Shown here one piece after another: positions 11,601-23,510 of a stretch of DNA of 64,000 nt (positions within the stretch are counted from its first letter, which is position 1; the number at the start of each line of letters is the position of its first letter). The DNA is from Antedon mediterranea (taxonomy: Eukaryota > Animalia > Echinodermata), in NCBI RefSeq assembly GCF_964355755.1, contig NC_092673.1, positions 15,658,948 to 15,722,947 of the forward strand, in the 5' to 3' direction. The notes beneath the pieces are model-generated. The model was not told the DNA's origin. It saw nothing but the letters and a program-made list of their open reading frames with translations, and did not search any database. A program made the position numbers and the translations under genes.

Positions 11601-14600
11601 CATATCATACTAAATGGATATTCATATCATACTAAATGGATATTCATATCATACTAAATGGATATTCATATCATACTAAATGGATATTCATATCATACTA
11701 AATGGATATTCATATTATATAAAATGGATATTCATATTATATTAAATGGACATTCATATACTAAATGGACATTCATATCATACTAAATGGACATTCATAT
11801 CATACTAAATGGACATTCATATCATACTAAATGGACATTCATATCATACTAAATGGATATTCATATCATACTAAATGGATATTCATATCATACTAAATGG
11901 ATATTCATATCATACTAAATGGATATTCATATCATACTAAATGGATATTCATATCATACTAAATGGATATTCATATACTAATGAAGGTCCATATCGGTTC
12001 CTGTAAAGTTCTCAAAGTCATTGTCAAAGTCAAAAAATAGTCACCAACTTATACTTAAAATAAAATCGTAGGTCAAATCAAATAACAAATCATTTAAATT
12101 TTAGCTTAGAAAGTGGCATGGCCGAGCGGGTAAGCCGCCTATACGCAAATTCTAAATTTTGACTCACTGTATGGGTATGAAAACACCGAATACAACAGGT
12201 CTCCTTTTTCTGTCAGGTCAAGGTCTCAAACATTGTGTTGGTAAAATGCGTAAAACACAACATTATTAACAACTTTTTCTTAACATTTCCAATAATAATT
12301 ACCAAATATGAGCCGTGATGTTTCCTAAATGATTGACTAGTGCTAGATTTGCTTGTGTTTTGTACCGTTTGCTGTTTATATCTTGATTGCACAGCCCGTC
12401 CTATCAAATTCAAATAAAATGATAAATTTCATACTGGCTATTATAATGGAAAAACAACAACAAAAAACAAAGAAAAATCAAACCGTATTAAATATTACCT
12501 CTTTGTTTTTTCTTTTTTTCTTTTAAGACATCTTCACTAAAAATAAAAGAATGTACAGTATATAATAAAAATATATATTTTGTTAACATCAATCTTAATA
12601 GGGTTATAATGTTTTGTTAACGGTCATTTTAATCTTAACATTAACATTTATTAGCGCCCATTTCTATGAAGAGCCCATCATAATCAGCTTTTTAATTATA
12701 TTTTGCTAGAAATTAATTTAGTTACCAAATTTATATTTATTATGTTAAGTAGCGTAGGTTTCTTGAAATAACAGATAATAATAATAATAAATAATAATAA
12801 CTGGTACTCATGATAGAGCACATTATGCTGAAAGCCTCAATGCGCTTTATATAGACAGAAAAATTTAGAAAATTAAAAATTCAAAAGGTGGGTTTTGAGG
12901 AGAAAGCAGATATTATTTGATACCTTGGTTTTTCTGCAGGAATTTCCGTAACTTTGGGCTTTGACTTTTCCAATCTGGTTATCTCTGCCTCAATCTCATC
13001 CATTACAGATTCACTACCTGTTATTAGTTGTCCTAAAAAACATAAATAATATTCCACATAGAAAAACAAATTATACAAATGTTTATGATGTCACATAATA
13101 GTTTAATTTTACCAAAAATAAGATAGAATAAAGGTTATTTACGGGAAAAAACATAGCTTAAAGAGAAGAAAATAGCAGAAGCCCATTGTCTGGGTTTACT
13201 TTAATTGTCAATTTTGTCTTTTTTAATAATTATTTCAGTTTTTTGACCAAAACAATAACTTTCTTCAAACTACAAAATTGATTATATAAAGTTTTATTTA
13301 TTCATCTTAATTTTCATATATATTTGGGGTACATACATATTTAATAAACATAATTGTTATACAGACATTTTAAAGTAACACAATTATGCATTTGAGGTTT
13401 TATCCATATGATTCATTTATGCAAATTGTTCACACTTTTTACATACAAAGGGAAGACAACGACAAAGATATGATTGACATGTGCACGCAAGTGAAGGAAA
13501 TGAGGCAATCTAAAAAAAGATAAAAAACGTTTAAATACTATATCTTCTTAGATGGTTTCTGTCATTTTGGATTTAGTATTTTGCATTAGGTGTACAATGT
13601 AACAAACAACAATTTTAACAAAGTTTGAAAATGTTAAAAATAGAATTCTGTAAGCAAATGTCTTTTTTAGGGAAAATTTATATTGTTGACAGCACACATT
13701 ATATTAATGAAATAAATCATGTTTTTAATTATATGATATTATTATATGATATTATATGATATTATGATATTATATGATATTACGATATTATATGATATTA
13801 TATGATATTTATGGAAACATTACATTTAAGAAGATTTAAAGATTGTTTTTTTTTTATTAAGTTAGCTGTTTAAGTATTTAAAATGTTTGGTTTCTGGGCA
13901 GTCCTTTTCAAGCTCTTGTTTCAGGGATTTTTATGGGCATTTGATTGATTATTATTGAGTAAAAGAAATACATTTAATTTAATCAAATATTACCTGTGTA
14001 TGGGCATCTGTGGCTACTAAAGGTATATTTTAATATTCTTTTTAAAATTTAATTGTCATCATTTATTTCAATGCATTTTTCAAATAAATTGAATACAAAA
14101 AATTCTTTGCCAATAAAAATGTTCATATGATATTATATGATATTATGATATTATATGATATTTATGAAAACATTACATTTAAGAAGATTTAAAGATTGTT
14201 TTTTTTTATTAAGTTAGCTGTTTAAGTACTTAAAAAGTTTGGTTTCTGGGCAGTCCTTTTCAAGCTCTTGTTTTGGGGATTTTTATGGACATAATTGATT
14301 GATTATTATTGAGTAAAAGAAATACATTTAATTTAATCAAATATTACCTGTGTATGGGCATCTGTGGCTACTAAAGGTATATTTTAATATTCTTTCTAAA
14401 ATTTAATTGTCATCATTTATTTCAATGCATTTTTCAAATAAATTGAATACAAAAAATTCTTTGCCAATAAAAATGTTCACAAAATTCGTATCTCATAGAA
14501 TACTTTAAAAATGTTATGATCTAATAAAAATGTGTAAGTTAATCTGGTCTAAAACTCTTATCTAAGATTTTGTATTTGATTGATTCTGCATAAAACATAA

Positions 14601-17600
14601 AAGCAAGCCCTTCTGCCACTTGTGGTTATTAAATGATACAAGTCTAGAAAACGTAGACTGCTGATTTGTGAGGAAATTTGGTAAACCTAAAGAATGAGTC
14701 AGACTTCACTTTGCTTGTGTCTATTTAATTAAAGCACAACCTTTGAATGACGTTCAACAATAACAAAAACATTTTTTAAACGAAATAAAATAATATTTAA
14801 ACTTTCAGAATGTTAAAAGCAATTTCCTGCTATAATTATTCCATTAAAGAAATTGGGAGATTTTTTTTAAATAGTATAATCATAATCACAATTTTCTATT
14901 ATTATAATGTGTTTTCGCTATTTTTCTCTCGTCCAATCAGAAGTCATGATTCATTACTTGAATTACAAGGTCCTTCCTCCTTCACAAATGGGTTATCCTG
15001 ACATGACACAAAGTTTGTTCCCGTGAGAGGATGCTATTTTCTTTCGTTCGTTTCTTCGTTTAAACTTTATGACACGCTCATAAGCTGCTGGTTCAGCTTA
15101 AAGAAGTTCTAATTTTATTTATTTCCAAGTCCACGTAGACAATAGTGAATTGTTTAAACAGGAATTGATTAATTATGTCCCTCTTCAGTCAAGAAGTTCC
15201 AGGCCGTGATTTAAATTACCTTTTTGCAAGCATGTAATAATCAAGTTACGACGAAACATTGGTGAGTTTTTATTCTACCATACCTTTCAATTATAATGTG
15301 AGCAAGACATATATGTACTAATTGATTTTTAATTTTGTTACCTGCACTTCAGATGATAGGATGGCATGTCAAACTTTCTACGTTCATTTGTATGTTCATG
15401 TGGTGTTTGCGAAGATAGCTTAACTCAAGTTCCAATCTAGTTGATATAATTTGTTACTGGTTTGCTACTGATATAATTTTTTTTTTATCTAAAAGTTTTT
15501 AAGGAGGGTGTAGAATTAGGTTTCAAAGAGGTTATGTTAAATTCTGAAACAAAAAGGTATAGAATATGAATAAATGAAACATGATGGAATATTTAATAAA
15601 GCAAACAGAAGAAGGAAGTGAAGTATTATTGGCTTGATTAGTTGTGGCCTTGTGTAAGTATTTTATCCTTTAGTTTGAATGTTATAGCCGTTGATCCTCC
15701 ATCACATTGGCTGACATTCACAGATTAGTTTACAATTTCAGTTATATAAAGTGATTGTGTTCTTATCAATTGATTTGTTTTAATGTTTACTATGTTTTTT
15801 AGTATTTCTATAAACTAGTAAAAATTTCTCCCATAATGGTTTAATAATGAATACAAAATAACATAAAACAAGAAGCCAAAATCAGTTCATATTTATGAAT
15901 TAGGAAATTCTAAAAGTAACTTCGATCCCAAATAGCAGAACCTTATTTTTATCAGGGAAAGCCTTTGTGGGTTGGATATTAGTCTTTCTATTGACAATAG
16001 GTATCAAACGGCATGCCGATCTAAGGGTGGGCGACACTTTAAGGTAGGAGGAAACACTACTTCGCAAGAGCTTCATAACACATACGCCAAATCAACCTTT
16101 CTAGACAGTTCCATTTGAATGCAACTATATTCCAATTTCCCCCATATGCCAAGTCATGCCATGAGGTATGCCATAGGGAATGATTAGCATCCATAGTACG
16201 ATACTAATGCCGGCGTCTACATTCTCAGTAAGCCAGGTTAGGTAAAATTGTGAGCTTTACAAAAGGGGTTTTAGGACAAGTTCTAAGGTGAGTTTCTGGG
16301 TACAAAATGTAGGCTAGGTTTAATTTTAGGTAGACTGGATGACTGGAATTTATGAAGGATGAAACTGGGTTTCTGCTATGTGTCTGTACTAATTTGAAGG
16401 TAATTAATTCAAGTCTATTTATAAATTACATCCTCTAAAATATCCTCTATGAAGGGTGACATTACAGTACCTTCCAAACCAAATGTGTCCGCTGGAAATT
16501 AGCTATACTTAGACATGGTATTATTCTGAACTTGTTGCTGACATACATAATACTTTAATACAAAGATGCCTAAAGCTATGAAAAAAACTTTAAAATGATT
16601 ACATGGCCATCATTTCAAGGATTCTGTACATGACTTTGGGCAACATTACTACCTAAATATCCTTTAAAGAAATCCATTAGACCCTGATAACAGTGTGTAT
16701 ACAGAGATCAACTTGAAAATAGCGCTATTAATGTTGATTCATGCATTGATTTATAAATTTGAAAATCTATAAATTATTTTTATCTTAAAATACACTCATT
16801 TTTCATAAAAGTATAAAAAATAAACAATATGCTTGTAATGTAAGGCTCAAATGAAAGCTAATTTTTAGTAAGTTATTGAATAATATTTCTTTAAATTTGA
16901 GTGCAAGTTTCATTTTAATTAAATAATACTAACTTTGCCTTTCCGAAAAAGAATACAAACAATTTAATACTTTGTTTACAAAAAATATGCATTTAAAAAT
17001 TCATATGTTATAATCTAATGAATGAATATTCATTATCTAGAACAGTCAAATTACTGACTATGAGTCAAGAAAGTGCACGCTAGGGTCAAAGGTCAAGAGA
17101 CGGTCATTATTGGTCGTGTGACTTGTCTAAATTTACAAGCAGGATATTCTAAAGGAAAAGAACAAGATATGTTGACATAAAAAGATCAGTGATTTTGACA
17201 ATGATTAATCAGGGAAGAGTGAAATTACTCTTTTGAAATTTCACTCTTCCCTGGATTGATCAAACCCCATTTAAAAATCTTTAAACATAATTTTTGGGAT
17301 GTACGAGCAATTATATTATAAATCTAAGGTGGTCTCTATATTTAATATTTTGGATTATTGACAACTATATTTACCCTTTTCTTTGATGATGATTGGCTGC
17401 TTATGTCGCCCTACAAATGCTTCTTGGCCTGCGACATGACTAGCGCCCTCTTGGGTGACATCAATGTCACCAAGTAGACTCATTGTAGGCACCGAGTCAA
17501 CAGCAATCCTGGCAGTGTTAGCAACATAACCACTATTTCTATAAAAGGATGATACACAGTGGAATAAAAAGATAGTAAAATTTAAGAATTGATCAAGCCT

Positions 17601-20600
17601 ATTAAATATCATTATAATATAAGTAAACATTTGAAAACTATATCTATTGTATAGATAATGATTAGGATCTGCATATTAAGCAGAATGTTCCAAGATTTCC
17701 TATCTTTATTGTTTCAAAACTAATTAATTAGTATTCAGTATAACCAGGTGGTTTACACCAAAAGGAAGGTCAAAAACAACATGGATGACAAACATTAAAA
17801 AAGAAACATTTTCACATGCGGACCTATACACATACTTGCTAAAAAACATACAGAGTGGAGAACACAAGTGATACGCGTACAACGAGTAGCGTTTAAGATG
17901 ATGATGATGTAAATGTCTATTATACAGATAATATAAAGGCTAAGGTAGCGATGATGGGACAAACCTCAGATCACTATCAATAACAGTAGGAACATGGCAG
18001 ATAACTTTTACTGGTGACCGTATGATATCAGTCTTAACTTCAACCTCTGCCATGCTAAGATCTTTTCTTCCTCCACTGGCATCCACAAGAACAACTGGAG
18101 AGCCATGAGGTGGTTTAGGTCTATCAGATTTTGGTGTCTGTGAGGATAGAATGGAAATAAGATTATCATATGTATTTTAAAAAAAGAAAAAAACAATTAA
18201 GCACACAAAATGGATTATATGTTTCAACAGATTAATAGGAAAACCCAAAGCTATAAAATACTGCCATACACACACTTAATACATTGATCGTTTAATCATA
18301 AAAATCTGCATAACAGGTGGACAACTAAGTCTTCCTGTTAAACCAGGAAACCAATCTGGATCAATTAAGAATCAGAAAAACATATTTGTACAAAATAATG
18401 AAAAACCTACTATTGTAAAAGGTGTGATGTGCCCAAATATGGTAGTGATATATATTCAAATATACAGTAGTAGTGATATGACATCATCATTTCCATATAT
18501 TTGGAATACCAAGAGAACTAAATGATAAACTTTATAATGTGCTGCAAATAAAGCAGGTTTGAATTCACGCAGACGGGGTAAACTCAATTATTGGAAGTGC
18601 ATTTTCTTACGTTGTATTGGTTGAGTCGCTAGTGGGAACCAAGATTAATGAAGAAGGCACAGATTAAGTCTCTTATCAAAAGTACTAAAACGTACCTTAA
18701 ATGTAACCTCTGGATCTGAATCCGATAAATCAAGTGTGTGTGTTGGTTTAGGCTTTGGTGGCGAGGACGGCGTTATGCTCTGGTGGGAAGACCTAAAATA
18801 ACTGCTACTTGGAAAACTATAAAAAAAAGGTTACTGTAATTAGTTGGTAAACTATAATTATTTATTTATTTTTATTTTATTTTATTTTATTTTTTCTATT
18901 TTATTCAATCAAAACCAACAGCGATAAATACCGCCACTAACAGGTTTGAAACATAAAACAATACAACATCAAAAACGGTTAACAATAAAATACAGATAAA
19001 ATATATATATATATATATAAAACATAGATTGGCATGCCATTATAACTAGTTTCAAATTTTGTTACCTATTCTATTGACTATTAAAATTAACCAAGAATGT
19101 ACAATATTCACTCAACATTAGGACAGAAATCTGTATCTGATTTAGGTGTTACCTAGTTTGTAAAAAATGAATCATGTCCGATTAGGCTCATTTCCCGGAA
19201 TTAAAATTTCACTATGTGGTAACTCAGCAAAACTGTTACATTGACAAAAAAAAGACAGAAGAAAATGCACAAACCAACAGTGGTGTTGGTAGTCTATGAG
19301 TGCCGCTTACCTGGATAAACCAACATTAGCCTATTCTTTTTGAAGAGTAAGAATTAAAAAGTGGAAAATTTTCATTGAACACTCCCCTCCACAAATGGTA
19401 TAGTCCATGAACTATGCCCTCAAGTGGGAGCCTCTCCACAAACCACCATCATCATTTCTTGAGGGCATAATTTGTGGGGAGGAGTGTTCAAAGGAAATGT
19501 CTACCTTTTGAGTTATATCTCGTTCTTCAAGGAGAATAGTCTATTGTCGCTTTATCCAGGTAAGCTAGTCATGAAATAAAAACAGAATGATACTGATTGA
19601 AAGAAACTTTCCAAATTTGTGTAAGCAGGTCAACAAGAATTAGCCTACCACAAAAAAGGGCAACGCAGTGACTGCTTCATCCTACCTTACCTTAATCTTG
19701 GATTACTTGTTGCATCATTTGATAATCTTGAATAGTTTGACAAACTGCTTAGCACCTGCCTTGGTGGTGTACTAAGAGATGCAATTGGTATAGCGCCCTC
19801 ATGAGGTATGACAACACTTGCTTCACCTAATGTCAAGGAGTAATAATAATTATGTATAAAATATTATTATACTTTGTGTATTATAAGTGAATAGCCTTGG
19901 GTCTGGGGTTAGTATCTACATGGGAGTTGGTGTCCACCGAAAAAGTATATTAAGCAGTTTTCAATTGATGATCTAGAACTCCATATGGATGTACCAATTA
20001 CATATACTGTAATATATTTGGTTTGGCAATTTTTGTTTAACCAAATCTGGTTGAATGAATTTGACAACCTTAGATTATGTTATCCCAATTATGCGTATTT
20101 CTCCTTTTGTGGAAATCAGAAGACAACGGTTTATCGCAAATAGCGTGCGCAATGGATGGTGGGAAGGGTTTGGGAGCAAACGTTATACAAGTACGTACGT
20201 GATTTGTTGTTTATACGTTCATGTCGTCAGCCCACGAATTTCACGTCGGCAATCAGCAATTGCCGACCTTATTGCCGACCTTAAATTGTCAGAGGACGGC
20301 AAGAGATTGCCGACCTAGAAACTAGGCTAGATCCCTCCTTTCAAGCCTCCTAGCAACAACATGGTACTTTAAGGGATCGTATCATTGAAATTTTAACAGG
20401 CATATTCACCACCATGTTGTGTTTAGTTAACAAACCATGGAATTAAGATGATCCCTGAATTCACTCAACCATTACATCATTTTGTGTGTGAGCTGCATGC
20501 TTTCCTATCAACCAAGCTGGCTGGGCACAGCGCTGCGCGCCACAGACCTGTGTAGGGGAATACCCTGTGTTATGCGCGATTTGAACGATTTGCGCAATTT

Positions 20601-22617
20601 GAAATTGCGCAAAAAAATCCTTGCGCAATTTGAAATTGCGCAAAGAATTCTTGCGCAATTTTAAATTGCGCAAGGATTTTTTTGCGCAATTTCAAATTGC
20701 GCAATCAACTTGCGCAATTTCAAATTGCGCAAGAAAATCTTTGCGCAATTTTAAATTGCGCTGCACAATTTGTAAATTGCGCAAGATAGTTCTTGCGCAA
20801 TATGACACCTTTGCGCAATTTGAAAACGAACTGTAAATTTTCCCATACATGGCTAGGCTAGGCCTAGGCAGAGGAGTTTAAAATTTAGTATTTTATTATA
20901 TAAATAAGACCATTTCAATGAAGATAATGTTTAATACTCACTTTTTAAGTTTTTAATATTAGTTTAAGCTAGGCCATGTAACCTAGTCAGTATCAGTAGT
21001 CCAGACCCTAGCTAGGCTAGAGTAGTATAGCCGGCCGCCCGCGCCGCGCCCGCCTGGTGGAACACCACCGCTTCGTTTTCCTTCGTCGGTTCTTCGACGG
21101 TATGCTAACTTATAACAATATTTGCACTACTAAAATAAGGAAATGCGATATTTATCTTTAATTTTGAATCATTCTTAGAAATTACTATAAAATATGGGTG
21201 TGCATGATTTCACAATCTGTCGAAAAACCTTGCGCAATTTGCAGATTACTTGCGCAATTTAATACGTTGCTTGCGCAATTTGAAACACATGTTTCAATTC
21301 AAATTGCGCAAGGATTTTTTTTGCGCAATTTCAAATTGCGCAAATCGTTCAAATCGCGCATAACACCCTGTTATGCCAAGCAAGCAACTATGCTCTGTGT
21401 ACGGCTAGCTCCAGAACCATGATGTTCAGCAATTAATTATCAAATAGAATTTATCTTGTAGATTTTAGTGTTAGGTTTTTATATTTTTTTAAAGTTAATT
21501 TTGCTAGTTCTTTTTGCATAACATATAGCTAGGTAGGGAGGCTAGGCCTAGCTAGGCCTTTTAGGTTAGCAAGAGGTTTATTTAGGCCTTGGGGTGAATT
21601 TTCTATTTTTAGAACTGCCGAGACTGCCGACCTTGGCGAATTTAAGGTCGGCAATTTTTTGCCGACCTTCTTTTTTCTGAATTTCGTGGGCTGTGTCGTG
21701 ACGTTTGCTCCCAAACCCTTCCCATCGTGCATTGTGCAATGACGTTCTTGGCGAAATCAAGCTAAGTATTTCGATAAACCCAATTGAACAAATGACGCAC
21801 ACGTAATAATAATGCATAATTTGCTGCACTGGGTTGAAATCTTTTTTTTTATTCTCCATATTTTATAAAAACATAAGACATTTTTTTAAACATGTATTGT
21901 CCCTTGAAACACAACAAAATAAAGGTCAAAATATTCTATATTTAAATTGGATAAATCAAAGTAATATTAAAGTTATTCACTTAAAGTCGAAAAGTGAATA
22001 ACTATTATGATACTTCAAAATGACCTACTTTTTTTCGAAATATTTTTTAAAACATTTTTTTGGGAATTAGTCAATAGGACAATACATCTTTAAATGTATT
22101 TTGTTTTATACCAGTATATATGTTACATCTCTTATGGTTACAGTATAGTATAGGCACGGCATAGCCTAGATAGATAGCTAGGTAGCCTAACATAACATTA
22201 TAAAATAAAAATATACAAACCATCGACATCAGTTTCACGCAAAGCACTGTATTCTCCAGGAGATGCATATACTGTCAGGCTATCGGCTAACGATGGCTTG
22301 CTAACCAACCTACCCTGGCTAAGAGAGTGTCTGGGAAAAGAAAAAAGAAAATACATACAATCACGGCCGAAATGACCTCCGTCCAGATGCACCCCACAAG
22401 CCGCCCGCCACGGTGGCCAGGGTGGGTTAGAAAATAGATGATAGTGGCCTAGGCCTAGGCCTACCTACTGGCCTAGGTAATAGGCCTAGACTTGAAAGAA
22501 CAAAACATTCAAGTCTCTACTTATAACGTATAAAAAATGTGTAATTGAGTAAAACCTCTTTTCTTTGCTAATGTGTTCTACTGGAGCAGTTCGGTACAAC
22601 GATCGCTTAACCGACAT
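2691..22617 (-). CDS. HAUS8: HAUS augmin-like complex subunit 8 (HICE1/QWRF family), 16 coding exons, about 679 aa
   Basis: Phase-consistent GT-AG exons on the minus strand: 22617-22556, 19771-19691, 18816-18696, 18137-17965, 17538-17375, 13032-12924, 12536-12499, 12400-12303, 10218-9714, 8213-8140, 6810-6742, 6299-6261, 4604-4485, 3919-3778, 3668-3518, 2784-2691 (2040 nt, ending in TAA). Motifs resemble HAUS8 as I recall it: KKKQRGRAVQSRY (human GGRVIESRY), EYLQWLFLDSK (QWRF-type), EQFRTLARGVDTTRHQL (human EQYRTFATALDTTRHEL), and a coiled-coil C-terminus. The six 5' exons rest on splice signals and phase only. Confidence 0.85.
2985..3247. mobile_element. MITE with 6-bp TSD (hAT-variant-like)
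   Basis: Imperfect TIRs CATACATGCCCAAC/GTTGGCATTATG. TTAACA is duplicated at 2979-2984 and 3248-3253. Confidence 0.6.
4198..4449. mobile_element. Tc1/pogo-like MITE (TA target); related copy at ~6845-7099
   Basis: Ends TACTGTAAATACTTGGATATAATCCCAC and GTGGGATTATACCAAAGGATATACAGTA are imperfect inverted repeats, with GGGATTATACC-type subrepeats. Confidence 0.55.
5052..5398. mobile_element. DINE-1/HINE-like non-autonomous Helentron element, copy 1
   Basis: AACAAG start, short hairpin GCAC-GAAT-GTGC, subterminal IR TACTCGGGGTAC (5071-5082) and GTACCCCGAGTA (5381-5392), GAGTC-CTA-GACTC palindrome before the distal subTIR, A-rich end. Confidence 0.6.
5462..5507 (-). pseudogene. Internally deleted tRNA-Val(AAC) pseudogene
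   Basis: Minus strand reads GGTTTCG-TAACACGCAGAAGGTCCCGGTTTGAGCCCCGGCGAAACC. The acceptor stem is intact; the D-arm and 5' anticodon stem are deleted. An oligo-T follows. Confidence 0.7.
5723..5794 (-). pseudogene. tRNA-Val(AAC)-like gene, probably a pseudogene
   Basis: Minus strand reads GGCTTCTTGTCGTAGTGGTTATCACGTTTGCTTAACACGCAGAAGGTACCTGGTTCGAGCCCGGGCGAAACC. Val-type D-loop, AAC anticodon, B-box and T10 terminator are present, but the acceptor stem has mismatches. Confidence 0.7.
5861..6179. mobile_element. DINE-1/HINE-like element, copy 2 (same orientation as copy 1)
   Basis: Aligns along its length with 5052-5398. SubTIRs at 5880-5891 and 6164-6175, followed by AAAA. Confidence 0.6.
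7231..7722. mobile_element. MITE family (TA)GGGAGGTTTCGCAAC, about 490 bp, copy 1
   Basis: Long TIRs AGGGAGGTTTCGCAAC...TACGAATACGATAACGAAAACGGAT and their reverse complement. Highly similar copies at 8925-9401 and 41802-42288. Inserted in an AATATT-like context. Confidence 0.85.
7874..8112 (+). mobile_element. tRNA-derived SINE
   Basis: A-box-like TAGCTTTTTGG, B-box GGTTCAAGCCC, and a 3' tail ...CCTCATTAAATATTGTT(A)n that is shared with ~47030-47095. A related head lies at ~45707. Confidence 0.55.
8233..8597. repeat. 14-bp minisatellite (GTTATTGTATTAAT)x~26
   Basis: Near-perfect tandem array, directly visible. Confidence 0.95.
8631..9553. mobile_element. TIR MITE with GGGTTACTATTAGAG subrepeats, interrupted by the 8925-9401 MITE
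   Basis: Ends ATAAATCTTCTAAT and ATTAGAAGATTTAT are inverted. The subrepeats continue on both sides of the nested element. Confidence 0.55.
8925..9401. mobile_element. MITE family (TA)GGGAGGTTTCGCAAC, copy 2
   Basis: Aligns with 7231-7722, with TIRs at both ends. Confidence 0.85.
10284..11985. repeat. 21-22-bp satellite (GGATATTCATATCATACTAAAT)n in three blocks
   Basis: Degenerate blocks at ~10284-10535 and ~10840-10920, and a homogeneous block of more than 40 units at ~11025-11985. Confidence 0.95.
13770..14479. repeat. About 354-bp tandem duplication anchored on an (ATATGATATT)n run
   Basis: CATTACATTTAAG occurs at 13818 and 14171. Both units end in AAAATGTTCA. Confidence 0.85.
19305..19565. 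mobile_element. Palindromic foldback MITE
   Basis: Termini GCTTACCTGGATAAA and TTTATCCAGGTAAGC. The arms pair imperfectly over about 120 bp. Confidence 0.7.
20075..21836. mobile_element. Older TIR element with GCCGACCTT subrepeats, hosting the 20568-21365 insertion
   Basis: GGGAAGGGTTTGGGAGCAAACGT (~20161) is inverted at ~21701-21723, CAGCCCACGAA is inverted as TTCGTGGGCTG, and GCCGACCTT repeats occur in both arms. Ends are approximate and no TSD was seen. Confidence 0.5.
20568..21365. mobile_element. Non-autonomous TIR element with TGT...ACA ends and TTGCGCAA arrays (Ginger-like?)
   Basis: TIR TGTTATGCGCGATTTGAACGATTTGCGCAATTTGAAATTGCGCAA with a matching inverted copy. TSD is CCCTG (20563-20567 and 21366-21370); it can also be read as 7-bp ACCCTGT. 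Confidence 0.8.
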
Positions 22618-23330
22618 TTTGTATTTCCCGCATTTCCGTAATCACACACACACCAGGGATATAACAACTTCAAAAACAATTTCTCTGAAATGTTTTATAA
22701 ATTACCTTTAAATTTTCAAAACAAAGACATTTTTCTAAATAATTATGTAAATGATAATTATAACATTGATTAGTTATATTAAAACAAAATCTAATTTAAT
22801 TGAATGAACTCTTTTGTTGCAAAGATTGTCTTCCCTGTAATAGATTGGATCAGCCAGGTCACACACACAGAAGGTCATAAAAAACAATAATAAAAGTCAC
22901 ATGTAGCCAGATTTTCTAAAAATTTACATTATTCAATCTATTATTACTCTAACTTGTGATATATCTTTATCGTACCGAATATAGTAATTGTATAGAAATT
23001 GTTTCAGGGTTACAAAATGATTATTTTGTTTGTAAAAATGTACTTTCATCAGGACATCATGGTGAAGATGTTGATTGAATTGAATTTCTTCCATCTCTGG
23101 TATCATGTCATCTTTTAACTAACTACTACTACTTCACTGTAGTAGAAGAGAAGAGATTGTAAAATGGTAATAGTAAGTTCTTTAGATTGTAAAATGTAAA
23201 AGTAATTTAGTTTTAAGATGATCAAGATTAGACCTAGAAAGAAGAAGTGAAGTTTATGAAAAATAAAACTAAATTTCTATGAATATTTTCTACAATCTAC
23301 AGTATTATAAAATGCTTTTCATTTTGCAGA
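22618..23330. promoter_or_regulatory. Putative bidirectional promoter region between HAUS8 and SH3BP2
   Basis: The divergent start codons are at 22617 (-) and 23511 (+). An ETS-like CGGAAAT lies just 5' of the HAUS8 ATG. A probable SH3BP2 5' UTR exon is at 23330-23410. Confidence 0.45.
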
Positions 23331-23510
23331 TACAGGTTTACCACATTCTGGTTCTACCAGGGCTGCATCAGTCTACCACATCATGCGTTATGTTTTGCTC
23401 CATTCTATAGGTTAAAATGTTGTCCAATTGAAATGTCTCGGGCTAAAAATTTATAATGTTTTTATTTTTACAGAGCACAAAACTGTACAAACACTCTTGC
23501 CTGTCAAGTT

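Noticed and set aside
8233-11985. CRISPR-like appearance of the regular repeats
   Set aside because: Pure tandem units with no unique spacers, no cas genes, and a eukaryotic intron context.
20461-21422. ORFs with LRNFKLRK repeats
   Set aside because: Translation artefacts of palindromic TTGCGCAA arrays, open on both strands.
22221-22330. Extra HAUS8 exon with a good acceptor at 22331
   Set aside because: Its obvious donor gives phase 1, which does not fit the next exon. Exon 1 splices in frame without it, so it was left out of the model, although a 21-nt version is possible.
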